Assembly (NCBI GenBank): GCA_023136205.1
Contig: JAGLRQ010000048.1
Span: 1-24,020, forward strand
Source: Candidatus Auribacterota bacterium
GTDB taxonomy: Bacteria; Auribacterota; UBA6266
Direction of reading: 5' to 3'
DNA length: 24,020 nt
Positions within the stretch are counted from its first letter, which is position 1; each line of letters starts with the position of its first letter. A program made the translations under genes and the position numbers. This document shows, piece by piece, positions 23,913 through 24,020 of the stretch. The notes beneath the pieces are model-generated. The model was not told the DNA's origin. It searched no databases and saw only the letters and a list, made by a program, of their open reading frames with translations.

Positions 23913-24020
23913 ATGAAAATTGGTTTGCTTGGGCTGCCTCAATCAGGGAAAAAAACGTTATTCAGGCTTTTAACCGGAACTGAAAATATCTCCACCAATT
24001 TAGGTATTTGCAAAATAAAA
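23913..24020 (+). CDS. P-loop GTPase, YchF/Obg-like; 5' end only, truncated by the window edge
   Basis: The ORF is not in the ORF track because no stop is reached. MKIGLLGLPQSGKKTLFRLLTG carries the G1 motif GxxxxGK(S/T) right at the N-terminus, as in YchF-type proteins. AGGGG Shine-Dalgarno sequence at 23901-23905. Confidence 0.5.
   Translation, partial: MKIGLLGLPQSGKKTLFRLLTGTENISTNLGICKIK

Overview
Low-GC bacterial chromosomal window, by eye about mid-30s % GC. Almost everything is transcribed on the minus strand. No rRNA, tRNA or CRISPR array was seen. Gene order, reading from the right end of the window leftwards along the minus strand:
- GT2 glycosyltransferase.
- queD-queE-queC-queF, with overlapping stops and starts, plus a translationally coupled orphan 6-TM membrane protein.
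- A conspicuously GC-rich, roughly 120-nt intergenic element that folds into a long-range helix. It is a candidate unclassified ncRNA.
- A visibly AT-rich accessory island of about 3.5 kb (about 16.2-19.65 kb). It holds a HigB/HigA-like toxin-antitoxin pair, the 3' remnant of a second RAYT gene, a 377-aa protein with a split PIN-like nuclease signature, a 162-aa secreted protein, and an intact REP-associated tyrosine (HUH/Y1) transposase bracketed by perfect 20-bp inverted repeats.
- addB-addA (helicase-nuclease), then DJ-1/PfpI and thiE.
- A CUT2-type sugar ABC transporter followed by a cytosolic GH35-like glycosidase.
- radC, cupin, an RNase H-fold exonuclease and a nitroreductase.

Plus-strand genes occur only at the two edges: an unknown ORF at the left, and the 5' end of a P-loop GTPase at the right.

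The most unusual content is the RAYT/repeat island with its non-transposase cargo, and the adjacent structured GC-rich element. The rest is ordinary housekeeping. All calls rest on motif recognition by eye. No database search or folding program was run.
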